A DNA stretch of 64,000 bases from an uncultured Gammaproteobacteria bacterium. GTDB taxonomy: Bacteria > Pseudomonadota > Gammaproteobacteria > UBA9214. The notes under the pieces were generated by a model that had not been told where the DNA came from, ran no database searches, and saw nothing but the letters and a program-made list of their open reading frames with translations. Every line of letters starts with the position of its first letter. Position 1 is the first letter of the stretch. The translations under genes were made by a program, and so were the position numbers. Below, piece after piece: positions 13,401 to 23,824 of the stretch. The stretch is taken from contig CAVYZN010000032.1 in assembly GCA_963773065.1 (NCBI GenBank), positions 160,001 to 224,000 of the forward strand, given 5' to 3'.

Positions 13401-13580
13401 GGTGTGGTGCCGCTCGTGCTATCGAGCGGTGCGGGCGCCGAGGTACGGCAGGTGATGGGGATCACCGTGTTCTCGGGCATGATAGGCGTGACCCTGTTCG
13501 GCCTGTTCCTGACGCCCGTGTTCTACGTAAGGATACGCGCGTTGTTTTCGCGACGCCCTGCATCCGTACCGGCCGTATGA
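10424..13580 (+). CDS. RND multidrug efflux permease (MexF/OqxB-like; multiple indels)
   Basis: FIDRPILAAVLS, AIGIVVDDAIVVVENVER, GLACKNAILIVEFA, RLRPIVMTS motifs across consecutive frames. Confidence 0.92.
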
Positions 13581-13699
13581 CACTGGACCACACGATCCTG
13601 CGCATTAGCGATCCGCTCGAATCCGAGCGCTTTTATCGGCAAATCCCGAGATTCGAACACGAAGGCCGAGTGGGACTCTTCGTTATTAGGCTCAAGTGA
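13577..13699 (+). pseudogene. N-terminal fragment of a VOC/glyoxalase family protein
   Basis: MTLDHTILRISDPLESERFY then stops after about 40 aa. Confidence 0.5.
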
Positions 13700-13808
13700 C
13701 AATGGCTGAGACATTACATTTCATAGAGCGTGCCTGCATCTGCGCCGGTGAGTCAAAGGAACAGGCGGCCCGGGACGAACCGAAGGCACGACGGCAGGTC
13801 GAACCCGC

Positions 13809-15612
13809 ATGAAGCGTAGTTATCAATCTCCGCTAGTGTTACCCAATCCGGCGCGCCGGCGGTTCCTTCAAGGGCTGGCCGCCGGGGGTGTCATGCTGGG
13901 CCTGTCGCCCTGGCTCGGTTCGGCCCGGGCACGGGAAGCGGCCGGCACGGTCACCGGAGTCGTCCCGGTGCTAGGCGGCACGGAGTTCGACCTCAGCATT
14001 GCGGAAACACCGGTCAATTTCACCGGTACGCCGCGCCTCGCCACGACCATCAACGGCTCCCTGCCGGGTCCCATCCTGCGCTGGCGCGAGGGCGATACGG
14101 TGACGCTGCGGGTCACCAACCGGCTCGCCGAGGACACCTCCATCCACTGGCACGGCATCCTGCTGCCGTTTCGAGATGGACGGCGTGCCGGGCATCAGCT
14201 TCACCGGCATCGCCCCGGGCGAGACCTTCGTCTATCGCTTCAAGGTGCGGCAGTCGGGCACCTACTGGTACCACTCGCATTCGGGTATGCAGGAGCAGAC
14301 CGGCATGTTTGGCGCCATCATCATCGATCCCGCGAAGGGTGATTCGATCCGCGCCGACCGTGATTATGTCGTCCAGTTGTCCGACTGGACCGATGAAGAC
14401 CCGATGACGGTCTTGGGCAAGCTCAAGAAGCAGAGCGATTACTATAACTTCAACGAGCCGACGGCGGTCGATTTCTTTCGCGATGCAGCCAACCTGGGTC
14501 TCGGCGCGGCGCTCGACAAGCGGCGCATGTGGAACCAGATGCGCATGAGCCCGGCCGATCTGGCCGACGTTTCCGGCTATACCTACACCTATCTCATGAA
14601 CGGCGCCACGCCCGCGGGCAACTGGACGGGGCTGTTCCGCCGCGGCGAACGGGTGCGGCTGCGCTTCATCAACTCCGGCGCGATGACGTTCTTCGACGTG
14701 CGTATCCCCGGGCTCAAGATGACGGTGGTTCAGGCCGACGGCCAGGACGTCGAGCCGGTCACGGTGGACGAGATCCGCATCGGCGTGGCCGAGACCTATG
14801 ACGTGATCGTCGAGCCCCAGGATGACCGGGCTTATACCATTTTCGCGCAATCCATGGACCGCACCGGCTTTGCGCGCGGCACGCTCGCGCCGCGCGCCGG
14901 CATGGCGGCCGAAGTCCCGGCACTGGATGCGCCCGAGCGGCTCACCATGGCGGACATGATGGGCGCGCATGCCGCACGGCGACATGGCCGGCATGGAACA
15001 TGGGTGGAATGGACATGGCGGATGGACATGAGCGGCATGGATCACGGCAGCATGCCATGCACGAGGGCATGGCCATGGGCGCCGCCCCGGTGCGCGCGCG
15101 CCACGCCAAAACCGAATACGGTCCCAGCGTCGACATGCGCGTCGACTACCCCCGGACCAATCTGGACGACCCCGGCATCGGCCTGCGCGACAACGGCCGG
15201 CGGGTGCTGACCTATGCCGATCTGCACACCCTCGGCGGGCCGCTCGATGCCCGCGACGCCGGAGCGGGAGATCGAGCTGCATCTGACCGGCAACATGGAA
15301 CGCTACAGTTGGTCGATCGACGGGCTGGAGTTCGGCAGATCCACGCCCGTGCATTTCCGCCCCAACGAGCGCCTGCGCGTGATTCTGCACAACGACACCA
15401 TGATGACCCATCCCATGCACCTGCACGGCATGTGGCAGGAGCTGGAAAGCCCGGACGGGCGCTTCCAGGTGCGCAAGCACACCCTCAACGTGCAGCCGGC
15501 GCAGCGCGTGAGCTTCCTCGTCACCGCCGATGCGCTCGGCCGCTGGGCCTGGCACTGCCACCTGCTCTATCACATGGATGCGGGCATGTTCCGTCAGGTG
15601 GTCGTGGCGTGA
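13809..15612 (+). CDS. copA: Copper resistance multicopper oxidase CopA (Tat-exported; indels)
   Basis: RRRFLQG Tat motif, IHWHG, YWYHSH, HPMHLHG, WAWHCHLLYHM; Met/His-rich linker. Confidence 0.95.
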
Positions 15613-15636
15613 ACGCGGCGCAAGCCGGCCAGCGGA

Positions 15637-16584
15637 TGGAAGTCGCGGCGAAATACAAGCGAATCGCGCGGATCGCCCCGGTGGTTCTGGTCGTTGCGGC
15701 CGGCTGGCCTGTGCCGCCGGCGTGGGCGCAGGACCAGCCGACGACAGACCCGCATGCGGAACACCAGATGATGTCGTCTCCCGCTACGCCACCGAACCCG
15801 GACGGCGATGCAGCCGGGACAGCCGGAGCGACAAGCGAGGCGGGGATGGACATGGGCTCGATGCAGGGTGGTTCCGCCCCGCCCGACGCGCGCGATCCCC
15901 ATGCCTATAGCGACGGCTACGATTTCGGCCCCTACCCGTTGCACATGGCGGATACGCACAGTCTCGCGTCATTACTGGTGGACCGGTTCGAGGCCGTGCG
16001 CGGCGACGACAACAGCTTCGCGGCGTACGACCTGCAGGCCTGGTACGGGCGCACCTACGACCGCGCCGTGCTGAAATCCGAAGGCGATGTCGACGGCGGT
16101 GAAATCAAGGAGGCGCGCAGCGAGCTGCTCTGGGGGCACGCCGTCGCGGCCTACTGGGATACCCAGCTCGGCGCTGCGCCATGACAGTGGCGAAGGGCCG
16201 AACCGGGACTGGCTGGCGTTTGGCGTACAGGGACTGGCGCCCTACTGGTTCGAGGTGGAGCTTACCGGTTACCTCGGAGAGGGGGGACGCACGGCGCTGC
16301 GGCTTGATACGGAGTATGAATTGCTGTTCACCCAGAAACTGATCCTGCAGCCGCGCATCGAGGCGAATGCCTACGGCAAGGACGACGCCGGGCGCGGGCT
16401 GGGCAGCGGCTTGTCCGACCTCACCGCGGGCGTGCGCCTGCGCTACGAGATCCGGCGCGAGTTTGCCCCTTACGTTGGTGTCGAGTGGGGGCGCAGGTTC
16501 GGTGAAACGGGAGACCTGGCGCGGGCCGCGGGCGAAGATGCGAGTGAGACGGCGTTCGTCGCCGGGCTGCGGTTCTGGTTTTAA
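15637..16584 (+). CDS. copB: Copper resistance outer membrane protein CopB (one indel)
   Basis: GLAPYWFEVE, LILQPRIEAN, RLRYEIRREFAPYVGV..AGLRFWF. Confidence 0.93.
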
Positions 16585-17102
16585 GTGATCCAGATGGAGA
16601 GACTGATATGAAAACGATGATTTCGGCTCTGATGCTGGGTGTCTTGCCCGCGGTGGCGAGCGCCATCATCAAGAACGCGTCGTTTTTCTACAGCCATCGC
16701 ATGATGCGCCGCCACGCGAGCGACGCCTATGTGCGTTGACCGGCAACGAGGAGGTAGCGATCATGCCCACCCATACGCTGAATCGGTGACGTATGCGGGA
16801 TAGCCCACCGCGTTGCATTCGCACCAGCGGATCAACCGCTGGCCGCAGTACCCCCCTTACGGTTTGACTTCGACACTCACATGGTAAGGGGAAAACGGTT
16901 TCACCGATCTTCTCTCGTGAAATATCCGGACTATACTTAGCGATGCCATGAGGGCATCACATTGCGCGCCAACATGGTGCAGCAAACCATGCAGTACCAG
17001 AGACAACAGTGACCGAATTGCTACGCAAGACTCAGCGGGTAGGCGGGCATCGCCTATACCATTGACACGGTTACCACCTCATAAATCACCAAGGAGACTC
17101 TC

Positions 17103-17393
17103 ATGAAGAAAACACTGATCGCAATGGCGCTGGCTTGCTTGGTTGGGTCGTTGACGGCGGTTCATGCCACCGAGCCGCCGGCAGAGCAGTTGAAACTCAA
17201 GGACGGTTCGACGTTGTACCTCCATCCGGATGGCACCGGGCGGATGGTGGACGCGCACGGCAAGCCGATGAGCATGGCCGATGGCGAGGAAATGGAACTC
17301 AAGGATGGCCGGATGATGATGATGAAGAACAAGAAAGTGTGGGTCACATATGGTCCACCGGGGAAAGGGAAAACCACCCTGAAACCCTACTGA
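17103..17393 (+). CDS. copK: Periplasmic Cu-binding protein, CopK family
   Basis: Signal peptide; LKDGSTLY...GKPMSMADGEEMELKDGRMMMMKN Met-rich pattern; next to copAB. Confidence 0.75.
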   Translation: MKKTLIAMALACLVGSLTAVHATEPPAEQLKLKDGSTLYLHPDGTGRMVDAHGKPMSMADGEEMELKDGRMMMMKNKKVWVTYGPPGKGKTTLKPY

Positions 17394-17407
17394 TGCCTCA
17401 GCCGGAT

Positions 17408-17540
17408 GTAGCGTAGGGTTAGCGTTTTTCGCGTAACCCACCAAGCGTTGCGCAGCAACACAACGCATATTTTAGTGAATGCCTGGCGGCACGGCGGGTG
17501 GGCTTACTGGCGACCAACGGCGTGCCTAACCCACCCTCAC
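17408..17540. repeat. Inverted pair of GTAG-type REP sequences (REPIN-like)
   Basis: GTAGGGTTAGCG..CGCGTAACCCACC and the opposite-orientation GGTGGGCTTAC..CTAACCCACCCTCAC. Confidence 0.55.
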
Positions 17541-17937
17541 ATCGATTATGAAACCGCTTAAGGATCATCCGAAGAAGTGTCGAACATGTTCTGGTGATGT
17601 CTGGTATCGAGTCTCCGGAGGTGAACTGTGATCACTTCCATTATCCTTGGCACGCCGAAATCCCGTTGTTACTCAGCATACGATTTCCTGTGAAGCAAGT
17701 GTCATTGATAGCGACATCCGCCTTTCGCGGCTCCTTTTTCAGTACAGCGGAAGTCGATGGAGCGGCGCATCCGATTGCCCTCGATAATCACTACGGGCGA
17801 AAAGAACTTGGTGGCCGAATTTCCCGACGCAAAATGGGTTGGCCTGGGTGGGGAACAGATTTCCGTGATCACTATGCTAAGGCTCCCGGAGAAGCACTAT
17901 GAGAATCGGGAAGTTCTCTACCTCACATAGCAAGTTC

Positions 17938-18130
17938 AATGAAGGCAGATACGGGGAAACCACAAGGTATTTACCATCGAATACCACTTCGTGTGGATTC
18001 GGAGCATCATTTTGAGCCGAATCCCAATGATAATTTTCAGATGGAGCCTGATTAAGACGCGTCGTTCAGTCGACGCGTATCCGGACGTTCAGTTCATAGC
18101 CTTAACCCACCGGTTCTCAGCCTGGTAATT
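17938..18130 (+). mobile_element. Internally deleted IS200/IS605 TnpA remnant
   Basis: GNHKVFTIEYHFVW (TnpA N-terminus) joined to EHHFEPNPNDNFQMEPD*, then hairpin GACGCGTCG..CGACGCGT. Confidence 0.65.
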
Positions 18131-18483
18131 GTTGACTCATGGTTCGTAACACGGCGACCGCAAGGAAGCCGCCCCAGGGAATGCGGTGAGGCACGGCATA
18201 TTCCGTCAATCGCGATACCCGGTTCCCGCCCGGCAGGAAAATGCCATAGCGCGTTTTCATATGCGTGACCGGCGCGCGCAGGGATGTTACGTCGCCACTG
18301 CGCGCGCCGAAGGAGCGCAGCGCTCGGTACACCGTTGAGTCTCTGTCGATCATACCGAAAGTCTACCCGATGTTGAGCCTCTGTCGATCACCCCGAAAAC
18401 ATAGCCCGGATATTTCGTCACGACGCCGGGACGTGTGCTGAAAGGCGTGAAACACGAGCACGGCTTCCGATGATCTGCGATGG

Positions 18484-19122
18484 TTAAGTAACCAACGGGC
18501 ATTTCCCGGATTCCAGGCGCAGCTCACATTCCCCGTAGAGCACCGGGTCCTCCGTGAGGGACGGCGGTATCCGCCGGTCTGCATAGACATCCGAGAAATA
18601 AAACTCGCCACCGGCTTTGAGCAAGCGATAAACCTGCTGTAGCACCGCGCGTTTGTCCGGCACAAGATTGATGACGCAGTTGGAGACGACCAGATCGAAG
18701 GTTCCGGCCTCGAGACCGGATTCCTCCAGGTGTTCTACCGTGCCATCGATAAAGTCCACATTGGGCCGATCGTATCCGAATCGGCTGGTGTGGTACGCCA
18801 CATGGCGGCGGGCGAAGTTTATCTGTTCGGGTGTCATGTCAATCCCGACGACGAACCCCTGTCTTCCCACCAGCTTCGACAGCAGAAAGGTATCGCGACC
18901 GCTGCCGCAGCCAAGGTCCAGTACCCGCAATCCTTCCAGTCCTTCAGACACCACCAGACCGCAACCGTAGTAGCGGGCCTGAACCTCCTCGTGGATCTGC
19001 TCCAATACGGCCTTGACATGGGTCGGCATGGCCGTGGTGGTGCAGCAGGCATTGGTCTTGAGGTCGGCCGTGCTCTGCAGCACCTGGCCATAGTAGTGTT
19101 TAACCATCTCATGTTGCTTCAT
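18484..19122 (-). pseudogene. arsM: ArsM-like SAM-dependent methyltransferase, C-terminally truncated
   Basis: YYG..LKTNACC, RYYGCG, VLDLGCGSGRD, SNCVINL, DPVLYGEC then an abrupt switch to unrelated sequence. Confidence 0.75.
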
Positions 19123-19248
19123 GGGTTTTTCCTGAGGTTTCGAATGGCAATTATCTTACTGAAGAGCCAAGGCTTGGATATCAACCTGGAAACACGCGAT
19201 CCGATTCATGGCCTGTGCTTCGGGGCGAGCAGCATTTTTTACGTAGGG

Positions 19249-20510
19249 TCATTGAGCGAGGACTTCTAGGCAGGGTTCGCTGTTCACGTAACCAATCCGC
19301 TGGCGGCGTGTTTCATCGAGCAGGTGGTAGCGCACCACCGCTTCCACCGCCGCGGGCCGCTGCCCGTCATGCATCGGGAAGGTGAATTGATAGCTACGGG
19401 ATTGCCAGCGCGGCAACCGGGTATCCCACAGATCGACGATGAACGGCCGCCACATCACGGTCCGCCTCAAGGTATGGTTCTGCTCATCGATGAGTTCTTC
19501 CCGGCTGTTCAGCAAGCGCAACTGGACGGTGAGATGGCGATCGGGTGTCCCGGTCGGGAGGTAATGCGCCGCACCGACATTCGTCAGCGTCACGGCGAAG
19601 GTTCGAGTGTCGGAAGCGGCGGAGGAAATTTCCGCGAAGCGCACTTCCAGCCCCTTTTTCACCATCTCCGGATCGTGTCCGCCCCGCCACAGGTGGCGCC
19701 GGACCGGGCGCGCCTTGCCGCCTTTGACCAGTGGCCGCTCAACGAGCGGCATGTGGCACTGCACGCAGCCGAGCGATCCCGTAGCCGGTCGGTTGATCAC
19801 CAGTCTTCTCGTCCGGCGGTATGGCGGGAACGGGTGCCGTCGATCCCACGTGATTCGCAGCGCTGCATGATCCTCAACGGTCAACCTGCCGGAAGTGGAT
19901 GGCCTGAATTTCCGCGACCGTGCCACAGGGCGGAAAGCGGAAGAAGCGTGTCCCACCGTTCGCCTGTCGACCACATGGCAGCGCACACAGACCTGTGTTT
20001 GGATCATCGAGTTTACTGTACCGGGTGCGGGTGCATCGGTGATCGCCGAAGCACGCCCACGATCCTGCCCTCACGCAGATGACAGGCCGTACAGGTCACA
20101 CCCTCGTGCTGCAGCGGGGGATCGAAGCCGGGATTGGGCGCCAGGATCGGGTCCCATTTGTCCTTGTCCCGGAACCCGAGGATCGTATGCTCCTGCTGGC
20201 GGTCCAGCGGGATATGACAGTTCTTGCAGATTTGTTGCGAGCGGTCGAAGGCCCAGTCCGACTGGAAATAGGGATCGGTCCAGGCCTGGCTGTGCATCGT
20301 GGTGCGCCATTCCTCGTAAATGTCGCGATGACAGCCCGCGCATTCAGCGGCGCGGAGTGTCCGGAATTGCGCCGGTGCATCGGTGGTGGAGACCGGGCGT
20401 TCGAAGGCATCCGACACGACGAAAATATTCAGCGGCCGGAGGAAGCGCCAGCCGAGAAATCCAGCCAGCGCCGAGGCCAGCAGCAGAATACCCTTGGTGC
20501 GCCGCTTCAT
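19249..20510 (-). CDS. Membrane-anchored multiheme c-type cytochrome (indels)
   Basis: Five CxxCH motifs (CAGCH, CKNCH, CTACH, CVRCH, CVQCH); WRTTMHSQAWTDPYF; HYLPTGTPDR. Confidence 0.85.
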
Positions 20511-20534
20511 CTGCCGGGGCTGGTTTGTTCGTGT

Positions 20535-20888
20535 TCAGAACACCATGACGTGATCGCTGTCCTTCACCCAGTTCGCCAGCGCCTTCATGGAACCGCGCTC
20601 GATTCCCGGCAGCATGGCCGACTCGTCGATGCCGCAACCATCCAGCGCCATGCCACAGGCCCTCACTTCCAGACCGCAGTCGATGAGTTCGGCGAGCAAC
20701 GCTTCCAGGTTGGCCGCGCCCTCCGGTACCTGCTGCCCCCGGTAGCCCACTTGAACGCCATCGTCCAGCAGGTGAACGCGGACCCGCAGATCCTCCGCCA
20801 GCGCCGCACCGGCAAACCGCAGCGCGTGCCACGCCTTGTTATTTTCCTTGTAGGGTGCGTTCTGAATCACGATGGTGACGGTGGTCAT
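20535..20888 (-). CDS. DsrE/DsrF-like sulfur relay protein
   Basis: VTIVIQNAPY..ALRFA..LLDDGV..ACGMALDGCG..SMKALANWVKDSDHVMVF. Confidence 0.85.
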   Translation of the reverse strand: MTTVTIVIQNAPYKENNKAWHALRFAGAALAEDLRVRVHLLDDGVQVGYRGQQVPEGAANLEALLAELIDCGLEVRACGMALDGCGIDESAMLPGIERGSMKALANWVKDSDHVMVF

Positions 20889-20976
20889 GGCAAGCCTCCT
20901 TACACTACGAAGTACAACATCCGTCATGCCTCCTGCCCTTGGCCCATTAGATAATGTTCATCCATAAACACCGTTT

Positions 20977-21051
20977 TCACCGCAAAGACGCAAAGTTCGC
21001 GAAGAAACTTATTGACAAAAATAATTAAATGGCTTTGCGCCTTTGCGGTGA
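20977..21051. repeat. Palindromic element with short internal tandem units
   Basis: TCACCGCAAAGACGCAAAG ... CTTTGCGCCTTTGCGGTGA. Confidence 0.6.
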
Positions 21052-22050
21052 GTTTGTTTCTTTATGGAGGCGTGGCCTGGCATAGCGCTTCACCGGCAGG
21101 CCGGCCTCGTTCCACTTCGTCATGCCGCCGCGCACCACATGCACGTCGGCGAAACCCTCCTCCGTCAGCAGCAACGCGGCCTTTGCCGACATCCTGTCCG
21201 TTCGGCAAACGATGGCCACGGGACGTTCCAGGTAATCGCCCAGTTCAGCCATGCGCCGCTGCAGGTCCTCCAGCGGGATGTTTACCGCTCCGTCGATGTG
21301 TCCCTGTTCGCCGGTAAAGGCTTCGGCGGGGCGCACATCGAGCACCAGCAGGCCGTTGCCGGCATCGAGCCGTCGCTTGAAATCCTCAAACTCGATCATG
21401 GCACCGCGGCGCAGCTTGCCGATGAGGCGCGGCAGGAAGGCCACGACCGCGAGCAGCGCCAGCGCCAGCAGCGCCTTCTGGATCATCCCTTCGCCGCCGG
21501 CGACCGCCTCGCGGCCCGCGTAACCCAGATAGGTATAGGCGATGGCGCCGGGCAGCATGAAGACATAGGTGGCGATGAGGTAGTGGCTGAACTTCAGGCG
21601 CGTCAGGCCGAGCGCGTAATTCAGCAGGTTGAACGGGAACAGCGGCACCAGCCGCACGAAGGCGACGAAGCGCCAGCCCTCATTCTCGACGCCGTTGATG
21701 AGCTGCTTCACGCGCCCGCCCGCCTTCCGCGCGACCCAGTCCGAGGCGAGGTAGCGTGCGATCAGAAACGCCAGGGTGGCGCCGAGGGTGGCCCCGGTCA
21801 GGTTATAAAAGGTACCCAGCACCGGGCCGAACAGGGCGCCGCCGGCCAGGGTGAGGACCGATCCCGGCAGAAACAGCACGGCGGCGAGCGCATAGATCAG
21901 CATGAAGAGCAGCGGCGCAACCGCCCCGGCCTCATGAATCCAGGTCTGCAGCGCCGCCGCGTCAAAGCGGTCGCGGTAGAGCACCGCCAGCGCCACGCCC
22001 GCCACGAGACCGAGGAGCAGCACAATACGCATGAGGCGGTTATTGTTCAC
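21025..22050 (-). CDS. TVP38/TMEM64 (VTT/DedA-like) membrane protein fused to a rhodanese domain
   Basis: LPGSVLTLAGGALFG, RLVPLFPFNLLNYALG; C-terminal LDVRP..GHIDGAVNIP..IVCRTDRMS. Confidence 0.88.
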   Translation of the reverse strand: MNNNRLMRIVLLLGLVAGVALAVLYRDRFDAAALQTWIHEAGAVAPLLFMLIYALAAVLFLPGSVLTLAGGALFGPVLGTFYNLTGATLGATLAFLIARYLASDWVARKAGGRVKQLINGVENEGWRFVAFVRLVPLFPFNLLNYALGLTRLKFSHYLIATYVFMLPGAIAYTYLGYAGREAVAGGEGMIQKALLALALLAVVAFLPRLIGKLRRGAMIEFEDFKRRLDAGNGLLVLDVRPAEAFTGEQGHIDGAVNIPLEDLQRRMAELGDYLERPVAIVCRTDRMSAKAALLLTEEGFADVHVVRGGMTKWNEAGLPVKRYARPRLHKETNSPQRRKAI

Positions 22051-22903
22051 GCGCCTTCTCCCATTGACGCCGGTTGATGGCATAGTCCTGCACCTTGCCG
22101 ACGAAGGGAATCGAGAGCATGCCGGGCAGCCAGCTGCACCACTTGTCCGCGCGGAAGGTGCGTATGCCGATGGTCATGGTCTCGTGGCCGGCGCGCGGTT
22201 GCGCGCGGTAGGTCCCGAACAGGCGGTCCCACCACGGCAGATTGAAGCCGAAGTTGCTGTTGGTCTCGTCGTCCTCGACGGAGTGATGCACGCGGTGCAT
22301 GTCCGGCGTCACCACGATGAGGCGCAGCAGCCGGTCGAGCGCCGGCGGCAGCCGCACATTGCCGTGATTGAACATGGCCGTGGCATTGAGCAGCACCTCG
22401 AACAACACCACCGCGACCAGCGGCGGACCCAGCAGCAGGATCACCGCGAACTTGATCAGCATCGAGAGCAGAATCTCCAAGGTGTGAAAGCGCGCGCCGG
22501 TGGTGACGTCGAAGTCGAGGTCGGCATGATGCACCCGGTGCAGCCGCCACAGCACCGGTATGGCATGCACCATCACATGCTGGAGCCAGATGAAGAAGTC
22601 GAATGCCATGACCGAGGCCACTACCGCAACCCAGTAGGGCGCCTCGATAACATTGAACAGACCCCAGCCCCGCTCACCGGCCTGCAGCGCCATGCCCACG
22701 GCGGCGGCCGGGAAGGCGAGGCGCACGATGAAACTGTTCAGGAACACCAGGCCGAGATTGTTGGCCCAGCGCACGGCCTTGGAGGTCCGCGGGCGGCGGC
22801 GCGGGGTCATGATCTCCCACAGCGCCATGACGGCGAAGACGCCGAAGAAAAACCCCAGCCGGATCGGCAGCTCGTTGGTCAAGACAAACTCATTGAAACC
22901 CAT
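22040..22903 (-). CDS. Sterol desaturase / fatty acid hydroxylase family protein
   Basis: His boxes QHVMVH, HRVHHAD, HRVHHS; NSNFGFNLPWWDRLFGTY. Confidence 0.9.
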   Translation of the reverse strand: MGFNEFVLTNELPIRLGFFFGVFAVMALWEIMTPRRRPRTSKAVRWANNLGLVFLNSFIVRLAFPAAAVGMALQAGERGWGLFNVIEAPYWVAVVASVMAFDFFIWLQHVMVHAIPVLWRLHRVHHADLDFDVTTGARFHTLEILLSMLIKFAVILLLGPPLVAVVLFEVLLNATAMFNHGNVRLPPALDRLLRLIVVTPDMHRVHHSVEDDETNSNFGFNLPWWDRLFGTYRAQPRAGHETMTIGIRTFRADKWCSWLPGMLSIPFVGKVQDYAINRRQWEKAREQ

Positions 22904-23019
22904 CGGTACGTTTCCTCCGCCACGGTGCAATTGCCTGCCCCCGGGCAACTGTTATAATGAATCGTGTTAACAACTAATCAATCGAATAGTTGAATAGTAG
23001 ATTAGCCGTTCGAGGTAGG

Positions 23020-23692
23020 ATGTCAAGCGCGCATTTCAAACACGATCTGTTCACCCAGTTCGCCCGCATCGCCAAGGCGATGAGTCACGGTAACCGGCTC
23101 GAACTGCTGGAATATCTGGCCCAGGGCGAGCGCAGCGTCGAGGCGCTGGCGACGGTGTCGGGATTGACGGTGGCCAATACCTCGAAACACCTGCAGCAAC
23201 TGCGCCAGGCCGGACTGGTGGAAACCCGCAAGGTCGGCCTGAACGTGATTTACCGCCTGAGCGGCGACGATGTGCTGGACCTGTTCGAGTGTCTGCGCGC
23301 GGTCGCGGAACGACCGTCTGGCCGAGGTGGAGCGCCTGATCAATACCTATCTCACGGTCAAGGACAGTCTGGAGCCGGTGCCGGCCGGTGAGCTGTTGGA
23401 GCGCGCCCGCCAGGGGCTGGTTACCGTGCTCGATGTCCGGCCACCAGAAGAATATGCCGCCGGACACCTGCCGGGCGCCATTAATATCCCGCTGGCTGAA
23501 CTGGAAGCCCGACTTGAAAGCCTGGATTCGCACAAGGAAGTCATCGCCTACTGCCGCGGTCCGCACTGCGTGCTGGCCTTCGATGCCGTGGCTCGTCTGC
23601 GTGAACAGGGACGTCTGGCACGCCGCCTGGAAGGCGGATTTCCCGAATGGCAGCGCGCCGGCCTGCCGGTCGAAACAGCGGGCGAGAACTGA
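23020..23692 (+). CDS. ArsR/SmtB regulator fused to a rhodanese domain (one indel)
   Basis: KAMSHGNRLELLEYLAQGERSVEALA..HLQQLR; LDVRPPEEYAAGHLPGA..AYCRGPHC. Confidence 0.9.
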
Positions 23693-23790
23693 ACCGCTGA
23701 CCGGCTGTTGAAAAATCCCTTTTCATAGGCGCACAACTGCGCCCCGCAAGGTAGCCAATCGCGAAAAGGAGCTTGTCAGAAAAATATAGA

Positions 23791-23820
23791 AATGATTATT
23801 ACATATATGTAATAATCATT
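23791..23820. promoter_or_regulatory. Perfect 30-bp palindrome, likely ChrB operator
   Basis: AATGATTATTACATATATGTAATAATCATT, 4 nt before the chrB ATG. Confidence 0.7.
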
Positions 23821-23824
23821 ACAT

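Noticed and set aside
16608-16739. Small ORF after copB as a real cop gene
   Set aside because: It has an RBS and a signal-like start but only about 43 codons and no recognisable motif; probably a remnant.
18334-18400. CRISPR array
   Set aside because: Only two repeats with a ~11-nt spacer and no cas genes.
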